From an uncultured Candidatus Saccharibacteria bacterium (GTDB lineage Bacteria; Patescibacteriota; Minisyncoccia; Phycocordibacterales; PALSA-1337), in the NCBI GenBank assembly GCA_964406895.1, contig CAYOTK010000001.1, positions 90,697 through 154,696 of the forward strand: 64,000 nucleotides of DNA, written 5' to 3'. This document shows, one piece after another, positions 8,280 through 18,292 of the stretch (position 1 is the first letter of the stretch; each line of letters begins with the position of its first letter). Below the pieces are notes generated by a model. It had not been told where the DNA came from and did not search any database. It saw only the letters and a program-made list of their open reading frames with translations. Position numbers and translations under genes: made by a program.

Positions 8280-9134
8280 ATGGACTCCAACCAAAACAAT
8301 ACAGGTCGGCTCGTATCGCCTACAGATCTACTATATAGATCATTTGATCTATTCAAGAAGTACTGGAAACATCTAGTGCCTGTTGTAATTATTCCTACTA
8401 TTATATTGCAGATCTCAGCTATCCTATATATGTTATCGGCATATTATAGCAATATCATAGTACTGATTATTAGTCTCGTCCTTTCATTGGGTGGTCTTGT
8501 ATTGTATGTTGCTATGCAACCTGCATTCATACAGTTACTTTACAAACATAAAGCAGGAAGTCATTCAGGTATACACGATTTGATCCAAGAATATAAACAC
8601 GGCTTCGTTTTGTTCTGGCCAATTGTTTGGTTGGCTATAATGCAGACGACAATATTTATAGGAGCTTCTATATTTCTTTTTATTCCAGGACTTATACTTT
8701 CTGTTTATTTAGGTTTTTCTGTTTACGGTTTAGTTATTGAGAACAAGAAAGGTCTGCATGCGATCCTCTACAGTTATTCTCTTGTCAAGAATCATTGGTT
8801 TGCGATCTTTGGTAGGTCATTATTTATCATTGCTTGTACATTCATATTTGGACTAGTGTGCGGATTGGTAGGTTCAATAATTGTAGCAATATTGCAGTTG
8901 GATAGTGGTCAGATTTCCGCAAGAATTATCAAAGAATTAATCAATTTATTCTACACAGCAACTGGAGGTGTCATTTCTATGGTTTACTATTACGAATTAT
9001 ATTCTTCAGTTAGGCATCATGAAGCAAGAAATATAAATAATAAGCCATTTGTTAACTGGTTATATTTCTTCATTGCAATAGCGATAATATTTGCCATTAC
9101 AGGATTCATAGTGCTTTCAAATATTCTTCCATAA
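8280..9134 (+). CDS. Polytopic membrane protein, hypothetical (284 aa).
   Basis: Multiple hydrophobic helices. No recognised motif. Confidence 0.55.
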   Translation: MDSNQNNTGRLVSPTDLLYRSFDLFKKYWKHLVPVVIIPTIILQISAILYMLSAYYSNIIVLIISLVLSLGGLVLYVAMQPAFIQLLYKHKAGSHSGIHDLIQEYKHGFVLFWPIVWLAIMQTTIFIGASIFLFIPGLILSVYLGFSVYGLVIENKKGLHAILYSYSLVKNHWFAIFGRSLFIIACTFIFGLVCGLVGSIIVAILQLDSGQISARIIKELINLFYTATGGVISMVYYYELYSSVRHHEARNINNKPFVNWLYFFIAIAIIFAITGFIVLSNILP

Positions 9135-9140
9135 AATCAT

Positions 9141-9893
9141 ATGAGCTGGTCTAGTAATCGCAAAACTCTATATTTCATCATTGTTCTATTTGTAGTTATT
9201 GTACTTATTGCTTTGCCAATATTCTTTTTAGTTTATAAGGCACCAACTTGTTTTGATGGCAAGCGTAACGGTAATGAAACAGGTGTTGATTGCGGAGGTT
9301 CTTGTTCTAGACTTTGTGCTAGCGCATTTTTGCCTGCAAATATTTCTTGGTCTAGATATGAAGAGATTGCACCTGATCTTTACAATCTTGCAGCATATAT
9401 CATAAATCCCAATCCTGAAGGAGAAGCCAAGAATGTACCTTACAAATTCAACCTTTATGACAATCACGGTATTCCAATAGAAGAATATACGGGTTATGTT
9501 GATATTCCCCCACACAGAAATACGCTCGCATTTACAGGAGCTATCAATGTCAAAAATAGAAAGATAGGCAAAGTCACTTTCGAATTCACGGGCTCGCCTG
9601 AGTGGCACAAAAGAGTTGATCCACTGAGCAATCTTGTTATAAGTGCCAAAGATTACACTGAAGATGATGTAGGATCCTCACTCATGGTTGGTCTCAAGAA
9701 TTCAGGTGTATCGTCAATGCGCAAAATTGCAGTGTTTGCAGTCTTGTTCGGAGATGATGGTAACGCCCTAGGTTTTTCTAAGACTGTTGTTGATGGTATA
9801 CCAGGAGGCAAGACAGTTACCGCACCATTCACTTGGCCCATAAACAGACAGGGCAAAGTCGTTTCCATAGAAATCATTCCTGTGGCAGAATAG
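9141..9893 (+). CDS. Hypothetical membrane-anchored or secreted protein (250 aa). N-terminal TM segment and a Cys-rich segment GKRNGNETGVDCGGSCSRLC.
   Basis: ORF with N-terminal hydrophobic helix. Tightly spaced after the upstream gene. Confidence 0.5.
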   Translation: MSWSSNRKTLYFIIVLFVVIVLIALPIFFLVYKAPTCFDGKRNGNETGVDCGGSCSRLCASAFLPANISWSRYEEIAPDLYNLAAYIINPNPEGEAKNVPYKFNLYDNHGIPIEEYTGYVDIPPHRNTLAFTGAINVKNRKIGKVTFEFTGSPEWHKRVDPLSNLVISAKDYTEDDVGSSLMVGLKNSGVSSMRKIAVFAVLFGDDGNALGFSKTVVDGIPGGKTVTAPFTWPINRQGKVVSIEIIPVAE

Positions 9894-9897
9894 AGAC

Positions 9898-11034
9898 ATG
9901 TACAAACTGAAAGAAAGTTCAAAAGAGCGATCCATTGATCCGTGGATAATATTTGCTCTAATACCGATCCTAGCTGCCGGACTTATAACCATGAATTCAT
10001 TCACGGGGGATAATTCTGTTGTGGTCCACCAACTTTTATGGTTGTGCATATCGCTTATCGTTTTCTTGGTCTTGAGTCATGCACATATCAGATTTATAAA
10101 ATCAACGTGGGTTTCTGTAACTTTGTTTGCGGTATCAGTTTCGCTTCTAGGTGTGCTGACAATTTTGGGTAGGGTTTCTCATGGGGCAGAAAGCTGGTTA
10201 TCATTTGGTTTTTTCTCATTTCAGCCGTCTGACTTCGCCAAGATCGCTCTGATCATAATATTGGCGAAATATTTTTCTCGTAGGCATATTGAGATAGCCA
10301 ACGTTCGTCATATTCTAGTATCTGGTTTCTATGCCTTTGTAATTTTTGCCATGGTTTTGTCACATCCTGACCTTGGTTCTGCTATGATCATATTTTTCAT
10401 ATGGCTTGGTATGGTCATGGTTTCTGGTATTTCCAAGAAACATCTTTTCGCGATGATAGCTATTGGAGTCATTGCTCTTACTTTACTTTGGTCATTCGGC
10501 TTCAAAGAATATCAGAAGAATCGTATAAGAAGCTTCATCAATCCTCTCTCGGATATTCATGGTATTGGTTATAATGCTTATCAATCTACCATTGCAGTCG
10601 GGTCAGGGGGTTTGTTGGGGAAGGGGTTAGGATATGGCACTCAGTCTCGCCTGAAATTTTTGCCTGAATATCAAACAGACTTTATCTTCGCCGCTTTCGC
10701 GGAAGAGTGGGGATTCATCGGTGTTCTTATAATATTTGCAATGTATGGTTTGTTAATAGTTAGAATAATCATAAATGCCACTTTGGGAGCCACTAATTTC
10801 GAAATACTGTTTGGCGTTGGTGTGGCCGTCTTCTTCATTGTTCATATTATCGTCAATGTGGGCATGAATCTGCAATTATTACCGGTCACTGGCACACCAC
10901 TACCATTCATGAGTTATGGTGGCACACATCTTCTCATGGAATTCGGAGCACTAGGTCTTCTCATGGCCATGCGAAGATATTCTCGATCAACTCATAAAGA
11001 TGAGATCAAGAATGAATTCTTGGGACCTAGATAG
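9898..11034 (+). CDS. ftsW: SEDS-family peptidoglycan polymerase (FtsW/RodA).
   Basis: 10-TM profile. Conserved LPEYQTDFIFAAFAEEWGFIG and PLPFMSYGGT motifs. Confidence 0.85.
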   Translation: MYKLKESSKERSIDPWIIFALIPILAAGLITMNSFTGDNSVVVHQLLWLCISLIVFLVLSHAHIRFIKSTWVSVTLFAVSVSLLGVLTILGRVSHGAESWLSFGFFSFQPSDFAKIALIIILAKYFSRRHIEIANVRHILVSGFYAFVIFAMVLSHPDLGSAMIIFFIWLGMVMVSGISKKHLFAMIAIGVIALTLLWSFGFKEYQKNRIRSFINPLSDIHGIGYNAYQSTIAVGSGGLLGKGLGYGTQSRLKFLPEYQTDFIFAAFAEEWGFIGVLIIFAMYGLLIVRIIINATLGATNFEILFGVGVAVFFIVHIIVNVGMNLQLLPVTGTPLPFMSYGGTHLLMEFGALGLLMAMRRYSRSTHKDEIKNEFLGPR

Positions 11035-12171
11035 TTAAATATTTTTGTAGAGTCTCTCTGTGGAAGCGTACATCTTTTCTATTGAAAAGACATTTGTCAC
11101 CCTGTCTTTGAGCGCATTGCCGTATCTGCGTCTTTCATCAGGATTTTCGATGAGGAATGATATGCCATGAGCAAGTTCTTTCGAGTTGCGAGCTTGGATC
11201 AATATACCAGAGCGCATGTCCTCTATGATCTCAGGTATTCCTCCAACAGGTGTTGAAACAACCGGTAATGATGCGGAGCCCGCTTCTAGAAGAGTATATG
11301 GTAGGCCTTCCTTGATCGATGACATTGTAAATATATTGAACGCCTTCAAATATTCTGAACAATTGTCTATGAATCCGGTCAAGAATATTTTGTCTTCGAG
11401 TTTGAGATCTTTGATTTGTTTCTCGAGATTTGCTCTTTCTTCTCCTTCACCGACGATGAGACATATAGCTTGAGGATAATTGCTCGAGACTATACTCATA
11501 GCGTCGATGAGATAATTCAAGGCTTTGTTTCTGTGCAATTCTGCTATTGTTCCTATAACTATTTTCTTGCCGAAAGAATTGATGTCCATGTTTAGCATTT
11601 TTCCGAAGAATTGTTTCGCGCCATCTATAGACATGAATACGGGAGTTTTGATGCCTAGTGGTATGGTTGTGAGTTTTTGTCTAACCCATGGGAATTTGAG
11701 AGCTTGATAGTATTCTTTGTCTGATAACAATATGACTTTGTGTGCCAATACCATGGTGAGCCAAGAGAAGAAGGCAATCGTGGCTTTTTGTATGAATTTC
11801 CTGTCTTCATTGAATGTCCATCCATGCACGGTTGTGATGATTCTTTTTGTACCGAGTAGTCTTGCGGCCAATGCGCCGAGTCCTGAAGCTTTCGGACTAT
11901 GGAGGTGTATAACGTCAGGACGACGTTCTTTGATGATGGAATATATTTCTCTTAGAGATTTGAAGTCTTTGCTAAAAGAGAAGTCCCTTTCGAGATAATC
12001 AATAGGGTGAGTGAATATGCCGGCTGATTCGAGTTTCTTTTGCAATACGCCTTTGCCTCCGAGAGCCACACTTACTTCATGACCAGAAGCTTTCATTTGA
12101 GTTGCTAGGTCGAAGACGTTTCTCTGAGCGCCGCCCCAATTGGATTTTGTGATCACGTAGAGTATCTTCAT
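11035..12171 (-). CDS. Glycosyltransferase, family 4 (GT-B fold).
   Basis: MKILYVITKSNWGGAQRNV N-terminus and C-terminal EGLPYTLLEAGSASLPVVSTPVGGIPEII sugar-donor binding motif. Confidence 0.8.
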   Translation of the reverse strand: MKILYVITKSNWGGAQRNVFDLATQMKASGHEVSVALGGKGVLQKKLESAGIFTHPIDYLERDFSFSKDFKSLREIYSIIKERRPDVIHLHSPKASGLGALAARLLGTKRIITTVHGWTFNEDRKFIQKATIAFFSWLTMVLAHKVILLSDKEYYQALKFPWVRQKLTTIPLGIKTPVFMSIDGAKQFFGKMLNMDINSFGKKIVIGTIAELHRNKALNYLIDAMSIVSSNYPQAICLIVGEGEERANLEKQIKDLKLEDKIFLTGFIDNCSEYLKAFNIFTMSSIKEGLPYTLLEAGSASLPVVSTPVGGIPEIIEDMRSGILIQARNSKELAHGISFLIENPDERRRYGNALKDRVTNVFSIEKMYASTERLYKNI

Positions 12172-12208
12172 AGTGTTAAACTAACATAAAATTGATATTG
12201 TTACATCT

Positions 12209-13603
12209 TTGCCTAGTTTACTATTTTGTGTTACTATTCTGCCTATGAATATTCACGAGAGTACAAAGCGATTTTTCCTCTTAGTTGTCGGAGATATATT
12301 GTCTTATATAGTTTCTCTCATATTAACTTTGACTTTTCGTTATGGCGAATTGCCAGGAAGGCATTTGTTAGGGTTACATACCACTTCTTTCTCTATACTT
12401 TTCCTTGTTTTCATACTTATCAATTTCAGTGCAGGTCTCTATGACAAACAAGCTGCATTTATTCGTGGGCGCATTCAAGGATTGCTTATAAGAGTGCAAT
12501 TTGTATCCGCTATATTCGGCGTATTGTTCTTCTATTTTGCACCGACAGGTATTGCACCAAGAGCCAACCTCTTCATATTTTTCATAGTTTCTACATTGCT
12601 TATTTTGCTCTGGAGAACAGTGATGTTTCCAGTTTTTATTTCTTCGAGAAGACAATCAGCTCTTATTCTGGGTGAAGGTGAGGATATTCATGAATTATTC
12701 TCAGAAATAAATACCAATCCTAGATATGAGCTTTTTTTCCAGAAGAATATAATTCCTAGTGAAAAGAAAGAACAAACTCTTGATGATTTGAGAGATGCCT
12801 GTGCTGAGACGGGTGCGAGAATTATCGTCTCTGATCTTCATAATAAAAAAATTGAGCCATTGGTGCCATATTTATATTCACTTATTTTGTCAGGGTATCA
12901 GATCATAGACGCTAGCAAGTTATACGAAGCGGTTTTCGACAGGATACCTTTGTCACTTGTGGGCGATAGATGGCTCATAGAAAATTCAGGGACTTTCTCT
13001 ATGAATAGAAGAATATACGATACAGTAAAAAGAGTATTAGAAATTATATTTTCTATTATTTTCGGCGGTATATCACTTATCGTTTATCCGTTTGTTTATT
13101 TGGCCATAAAAATCGAAGATGGTGGTCCTATATTCATACATCAGCAAAGAGTAGGTAAAAACGGCAAATTGGTTGATATTGTGAAGTTTAGAAGCATGTC
13201 AGGAAATGACAATGGCAAATATGGCGCATCAGGCACAACCACAAATGTCGTTACAAAGGTCGGTAAGTTCCTTCGTGAGTCCAGAATAGATGAATTGCCA
13301 CAATTCTGGAATATTATTAAGGGTGATATTTCTCTTATTGGTCCTCGCCTAGAATTTCCTGCGCTCGTATCCGTCTATGAAAAAGAAATTCCTTATTACA
13401 ATATTCGTCACATGATCAAACCAGGGGCAATGGGTTGGGCGCAAATTTATCATGATGAGCATCCGCATCATTCTGTGGCAACTGAACAAACTAGAGACAA
13501 ATTGTCATACGATCTTTTCTATTTGAAGAATCGATCTTTAACTCTTGATCTTAAGATTATATTGAGAACATTTCAGATTCTCTTGAAAAGAGTAGGGAAA
13601 TAA
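12209..13603 (+). CDS. Polyprenyl-phosphate sugar phosphotransferase (bacterial sugar transferase, WbaP/WcaJ-like).
   Basis: C-terminal catalytic domain: KRVLEIIFSIIFGGISLIV, GKNGKLVDIVKFRSM, IDELPQFWNIIKGDISLIGPR. The N-terminal TM region resembles EPS initiating transferases. Confidence 0.8.
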   Translation: MPSLLFCVTILPMNIHESTKRFFLLVVGDILSYIVSLILTLTFRYGELPGRHLLGLHTTSFSILFLVFILINFSAGLYDKQAAFIRGRIQGLLIRVQFVSAIFGVLFFYFAPTGIAPRANLFIFFIVSTLLILLWRTVMFPVFISSRRQSALILGEGEDIHELFSEINTNPRYELFFQKNIIPSEKKEQTLDDLRDACAETGARIIVSDLHNKKIEPLVPYLYSLILSGYQIIDASKLYEAVFDRIPLSLVGDRWLIENSGTFSMNRRIYDTVKRVLEIIFSIIFGGISLIVYPFVYLAIKIEDGGPIFIHQQRVGKNGKLVDIVKFRSMSGNDNGKYGASGTTTNVVTKVGKFLRESRIDELPQFWNIIKGDISLIGPRLEFPALVSVYEKEIPYYNIRHMIKPGAMGWAQIYHDEHPHHSVATEQTRDKLSYDLFYLKNRSLTLDLKIILRTFQILLKRVGK

Positions 13604-13665
13604 TATCTATTGTTTTTCGTATTGGGTTTGTTGCAAATTTCCTGAAAATACATATAATAGCCTAT

Positions 13666-15027
13666 ATGTTAAAACACAGAGCTCGAGCCATTTATTTGCT
13701 CATCATTGCCGCCATAGTCGGTTATTTTGTTTATTCATCTAGTTTGCCCAGAGGTACTAAGCCATTCAGATTAGGCTTGGATCTTTCCGGCGGTACGCAT
13801 TTGGTCTATCAGGCAGATGTTTCTAAGGTTAGTGCTTTTGATATCGCAGATTTTATGTCATCTCTTAGAGATGTTGTCGAGAAGAGAGTCAATTTGTTCG
13901 GTGTTAGTGAGCCCCTCGTACAAGTCGAACAAGGTAAGGCCTTGAGCTCGAAAGAATCCGCTTACAAACTCATCGTCGAATTACCCGGAGTTACTGACGT
14001 CAATGAAGCAGTCAAATCAATCGGCGCAACTCCTTCTCTCGAATTCAAACTTGTTACAGCAGAAGCTTTGAAAACTTTCCAGGAATCAAATCCAGAATTA
14101 GCTGGCACTACTACAGATCGGAATCCAGCCTATCTTGCTTTGTTCAAGCCAACTGGTTTGACTGGAAGACTAGTTGGCAGAGCAACATTGCAATTCAATC
14201 AAACAACCAATGAGCCTTCGGTTGGTCTTACTTTCACATCAGAAGGTAGACAATTGTTCGGCAAAATCACAAAAGAAAATATTGGCAATTACATAGGCAT
14301 ATTCTTGGACGGTGTACCGATATCTGTTCCTGTTGTCAGAGATGCTATTACAAATGGCCAAGCCGAAATCAGTGGTTCTTTCACTTTGGATGATGCGAGA
14401 ACTTTGGTCCGCAATCTTAACTACGGTGCTTTGCCTATTCCTATCAGCCTTATCTCTACGCAGACGATTGGTCCTTCTCTCGGTCAGGCAGCTGTTGATG
14501 GCGGTATAAGAGCAGGTATTATCGCCTTTATAATCATCGCTATTTTCCTAGTCATATGGTATCGCTTACCGGGTCTTGTGGCTGTTGTCGCGCTCGGAGT
14601 ATATACGATCATCATGCTTGCTCTATTCAAGCTTATTCCTGTCACACTTACTGCCGCCGGTATCGCTGGATTCATCTTGTCTATCGGTATGGCTGTTGAT
14701 GCAAATATTCTTATATTCGAAAGAATGAAAGAAGAGCTTCAGCACGGACGTGGTGTATGGGATTCTATGCATGAAGGATTTGCTCGCGCATGGCTCTCTA
14801 TACGAGATTCCAACATTTCTAGTATCATTACAGGTGTAATATTGTATTACTTCGGTAGTACATCGGTTGTCACCGGTTTTGCTTTGGTATTCGTAATTGG
14901 AGTTTTGGTCAGTATGTTTACAGCCATTACTGCTTCGAGATTGTTCTTGTACGCTATTGCTCCAAAGCATACGACCAAGTTCAGTACTTTCCTTATTAGC
15001 AACGGTTTCAGAAGAAATAATAAATAA
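13666..15027 (+). CDS. secD: Protein translocase subunit SecD.
   Basis: LGLDLSGGTHLVYQAD periplasmic start and a C-terminal 6-TM RND-like domain. Confidence 0.85.
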   Translation: MLKHRARAIYLLIIAAIVGYFVYSSSLPRGTKPFRLGLDLSGGTHLVYQADVSKVSAFDIADFMSSLRDVVEKRVNLFGVSEPLVQVEQGKALSSKESAYKLIVELPGVTDVNEAVKSIGATPSLEFKLVTAEALKTFQESNPELAGTTTDRNPAYLALFKPTGLTGRLVGRATLQFNQTTNEPSVGLTFTSEGRQLFGKITKENIGNYIGIFLDGVPISVPVVRDAITNGQAEISGSFTLDDARTLVRNLNYGALPIPISLISTQTIGPSLGQAAVDGGIRAGIIAFIIIAIFLVIWYRLPGLVAVVALGVYTIIMLALFKLIPVTLTAAGIAGFILSIGMAVDANILIFERMKEELQHGRGVWDSMHEGFARAWLSIRDSNISSIITGVILYYFGSTSVVTGFALVFVIGVLVSMFTAITASRLFLYAIAPKHTTKFSTFLISNGFRRNNK

Positions 15028-15030
15028 TAT

Positions 15031-15927
15031 ATGTGGGTAGTAAATTATAGAAAAATATTTTATAGCGTATCGATAATTCTAGTCATTGCCTCTGTTTTTG
15101 CCATGATATTCTGGGGTTTGAAACCGGGTATTGATTTTACTGGTGGTACTTTGATTGAGGTTGATTATCCAAGTGGTAGGCCTGAGCAAACTCTCGTTAC
15201 TTCTGGATTATCTGCGATCGATAAAGCTGTTTCAGTAAGACCTTCTGGACAAAATGGTTATATTGTTCGCATGAAGGAAGTCAATCAAGAAGAGAAGTTA
15301 GCTGTCATGAATGTATTGAGTGAAAATGGTAAGAATTCTATGGTTGAAAAGACTTTTGATTCCATCGGTCCTGTCTTGGGTGCTGAGGCCATGAGGAAAT
15401 CTCTCGTCTCTATCATTCTAGTTATTCTCGGTATTGTTTTGTATATTACTTTTGCTTTCAGGAAAGTTTCTGAACCTGTGAAATCATGGAAATATGGTCT
15501 TGTCGCTATCATTGCTCTTGTTCATGACGTGATCATTCCTACGGGATTATTCGCTGTACTTGGTCATTATTTGGGTTACGAAGTTGACACTCTATTCGTT
15601 ACTGCACTTCTTGTTATTCTTGGTTTCTCAGTTCATGACACTATTGTTGTATTCGATCGTGTTCGCGAAAATCTTCGCCACTCGCTCGGTCACAAATCTT
15701 TCAGTTCTATTGTTGGAGAAAGTATAAGTCAAACATTCACTCGTTCCATAAATACTTCCTTGACCACTCTCATTGCTCTTATTGTTCTGTATTTTGTCGG
15801 TGGATCTATCACTGAACATTTCTCACTCGCTCTCATTGTCGGTATTGCTGCAGGTACCTATTCTTCGATTTTCATTGGTTCACCACTACTCGTTACTCTT
15901 GAAGCCTGGGCATCGAAAAGGAAATAG
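15031..15927 (+). CDS. secF: Protein translocase subunit SecF.
   Basis: GIDFTGGTLIEV motif. Adjacent to secD. Confidence 0.85.
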   Translation: MWVVNYRKIFYSVSIILVIASVFAMIFWGLKPGIDFTGGTLIEVDYPSGRPEQTLVTSGLSAIDKAVSVRPSGQNGYIVRMKEVNQEEKLAVMNVLSENGKNSMVEKTFDSIGPVLGAEAMRKSLVSIILVILGIVLYITFAFRKVSEPVKSWKYGLVAIIALVHDVIIPTGLFAVLGHYLGYEVDTLFVTALLVILGFSVHDTIVVFDRVRENLRHSLGHKSFSSIVGESISQTFTRSINTSLTTLIALIVLYFVGGSITEHFSLALIVGIAAGTYSSIFIGSPLLVTLEAWASKRK

Positions 15928-15944
15928 TAATAAGATTCAGTTTG

Positions 15945-16133
15945 CCGCACTCGTCTTCGACCAGCATTGCAGTATTTTTGTAAAGTCTCGAACTCCACTC
16001 ATTATGTACGGGAATTTTCACAAAAGCCGGCTTCCAAGGCTTCAGCCGGCATTTGGAAAATTCAACCGTACATTCTTCGTGGATTATTCGAGACTTTACA
16101 AAAATACTGCAATGCTGTCCTCGACGAGTGCGG
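15945..16133. repeat. Long palindromic element, copy 2. About 47-bp imperfect inverted-repeat arms around the same ~95-nt core as copy 1, followed by a T7 run that serves as the secF terminator.
   Basis: Termini ccgcactcg...cgagtgcgg are identical to copy 1. Arm interiors differ from copy 1 but remain self-complementary. The core is >95% identical. Confidence 0.8.
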
Positions 16134-16143
16134 GTTTTTTTAA

Positions 16144-17370
16144 TTATATTCTCTTCGTCCCATCAGCCACAATTTCTCCTTTGTGCAATTCCTTCATGGA
16201 ACCAACTATAGCGATCATGAGAGCATTATCACCTGAAATATGTCTAGAAGGGAGGTAAAGTGGCAAATTATTTTTGTCAGCAATTTGTTTCAATAATTCA
16301 CGAAGATAATTATTAGCACTAACTCCGCCACCGACGATAATAGACTGAACATGTTTTTCGGAAATTACTTTTGAGAGTTTACTCTGGATTACATCACCAA
16401 CGGCTTCTTCGAATTCCCGGGCAAGACCTTTTTTGAAATCATCACTGAGTGTTGAATTGTTGTTTTTGGTTGCATCACGTACGGCATATAATACAGCGGT
16501 TTTTAGACCAGAAAATGAAAAATCAAAATCATTACTGTTTATCATTGGTCTTGGTAGTGTAACGTTTGAATTTATATTTTCTTTTCGAGCTTGCTCTGCG
16601 AGCATAGAAATATGTGGCCCTCCAGGGTAGGGTAGCCCCATCACTCTAGCTGCTTTGTCAAAGGCTTCACCAACAGCGTCATCTCTCGTTTGCCCGATAA
16701 TTGTGTATGAAAAATTTCGATTTGTGTGCGTATTTTGATGATTTTTCACCAGAACTAGCTCTGTATGGCCTCCGCTTATAAGAAGGGCAATACTGGGCAT
16801 TTTGGCTTCATACAGGCCTTGCCACACGCCATATGGCTTATCTGACGGCAATAATGAGCCTATGATATGCCCCTCCATATGATTCACAGGAATAACTGGG
16901 CAATCCCACATTGTTCCTATGAATCTTGCAAAAACTATCCCTACCCACAAGGCCGGCTCGAGTCCAGGCCCTTCAGTCACCGCTATTCGATCAATTGGTG
17001 GTCTTTGTTCCAAGAATTTTGCATCTTTGAGAGACTGCCATAATTCAATATTTTGTCCAGAATTAATTGCACTGCATGTGCTCATGAATTCATTTAGATC
17101 CTTATGAGTGGGTTTATTTTTTTGTTGGTTTATATTCTCGAGAATGTCTTTCGAATCAATAAGTAATTTGTGCAAAAGTGGCACGATGTTTTTGGCATGT
17201 TCACGTTTCGCTAGATTGGGATAAACGCCCCCATATGCACTATGAAGCTTAGCCTGAGAATGAACCAGTGAGTTTATAACTCTGTACTCAGTTTTGCCAT
17301 TCACTTCGCGACTTTCTATGAGTGCAAGCGCTGTTTCATCACAACTTGTTTCTATACCTAAGGTGATCAT
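16144..17370 (-). CDS. tsaD: tRNA N6-adenosine threonylcarbamoyltransferase TsaD (Kae1/YgjD).
   Basis: MITLGIETSCDETALALIE start. The track ORF extends further upstream through a TTG into tRNA-Val, so it is trimmed to the ATG at 17368-17370. Confidence 0.85.
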   Translation of the reverse strand: MITLGIETSCDETALALIESREVNGKTEYRVINSLVHSQAKLHSAYGGVYPNLAKREHAKNIVPLLHKLLIDSKDILENINQQKNKPTHKDLNEFMSTCSAINSGQNIELWQSLKDAKFLEQRPPIDRIAVTEGPGLEPALWVGIVFARFIGTMWDCPVIPVNHMEGHIIGSLLPSDKPYGVWQGLYEAKMPSIALLISGGHTELVLVKNHQNTHTNRNFSYTIIGQTRDDAVGEAFDKAARVMGLPYPGGPHISMLAEQARKENINSNVTLPRPMINSNDFDFSFSGLKTAVLYAVRDATKNNNSTLSDDFKKGLAREFEEAVGDVIQSKLSKVISEKHVQSIIVGGGVSANNYLRELLKQIADKNNLPLYLPSRHISGDNALMIAIVGSMKELHKGEIVADGTKRI

Positions 17371-17472
17371 GTGCGTTGTTACATTATTGAATATTTGCTG
17401 TGCAAACCTGAAATCAATTTCAAATTTCGTGCTTGCACTGCGAAGCTCCGAACGAAGTGAGGAGCGAAGCAG

Positions 17473-17545
17473 TGCGCGATACAGGATTCGAACCTGTGAC
17501 CCTTCCCACGTCAAGGGAATGCTCTACCAACTGAGCTAACCGCGC
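17473..17545 (-). tRNA. tRNA-Val (anticodon GAC).
   Basis: Cloverleaf: GCGCGGT acceptor, D-arm TAGCTCAGTTGGTAGAGC, anticodon stem TTCCC/GGGAA with loop TTGACGT, T-loop GGTTCGAATCC. No CCA encoded. Confidence 0.85.
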
Positions 17546-17572
17546 GTATTTATTTATAAATAAACAATATTT

Positions 17573-17691
17573 AATGCATTCTGCCAAGACAGCTAACCGC
17601 GCTTATTTAATGCATTCTACCAAAACAGCTAACCGCGCATATATTTTTAAATAACTTTCTCGATGCATTCTACCAAAACAGCTAACTGCGC
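17573..17691 (-). repeat. Three tandem copies (~27-30 nt each, ~40-50 nt period) of the 5' portion of tRNA-Val (acceptor 5' strand plus a mutated D-arm AGCTGTCTTGGCAGAA/AGCTGTTTTGGTAGAA plus GCATT), lying upstream of the gene.
   Basis: Plus-strand units aatgcattctgccaagacagctaaccgcgc, aatgcattctaccaaaacagctaaccgcgc and gatgcattctaccaaaacagctaactgcgc, compared with the genuine 5' end ggaatgctctaccaactgagctaaccgcgcg. Confidence 0.75.
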
Positions 17692-17753
17692 TTACAAATA
17701 AGATATACTAAAAAAACGACTTGCGCAACTCTTATTCATCGCTTGATTTGCTG

Positions 17754-18200
17754 TTAATACCTATACCACTTATTTCCAATTTTGATTGCTTCCAGTCGAG
17801 AAGTTGCACTACCTCTTTCTACCAAAACGTAGACTCTATTACCATTAAAACCCCAAGTTTTTGAGGCCGCGATTTCTTCTTGTGTGAAATTCTCTTTATT
17901 GTTAACGAGGAACGTACTCAATGACTTTATGGCACTATCGGGAAGTGTGTCGAACTTTTTGTCAGGTTTCGATGCAACTAAATATTTTCTGATTGCACTG
18001 ACATCACCAGACCTGAATAAGTCGCGACCTTCAACAAGCGCGGAAGCAATATCTGACTTGTCGGCGTCGGTAATTTCAGATGGGGAAGTTGATGTGGATG
18101 ACTCATTTGATTGTATCGAACTGTTTTTATTATATACAAAATACGCAGAGCCTAAAACGATGATAAGTATGATTGCTATTATGATATATTTTTTGTTCAT
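17754..18200 (-). CDS. Secreted or membrane-anchored hypothetical protein (148 aa).
   Basis: N-terminal MNKKYIIIAIILIIVLGSAYF signal/anchor. Ser/Thr-rich linker. Confidence 0.5.
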   Translation of the reverse strand: MNKKYIIIAIILIIVLGSAYFVYNKNSSIQSNESSTSTSPSEITDADKSDIASALVEGRDLFRSGDVSAIRKYLVASKPDKKFDTLPDSAIKSLSTFLVNNKENFTQEEIAASKTWGFNGNRVYVLVERGSATSRLEAIKIGNKWYRY

Positions 18201-18292
18201 GAGCGTATTATAACATTACGTTTCCTTATAATGAACTTTATTATTTCTGCGGAGACTTGGATTTTAGATAGTTCCTGATAAAATTAACTGTA

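Noticed and set aside
17371-17514. N-terminal 48-aa extension of the tsaD track ORF (MTWEGSQVRILYRALL...).
   Set aside because: The extension overlaps tRNA-Val (17473-17545). The conserved TsaD start MITLGIETSCDET begins at the ATG at 17370.
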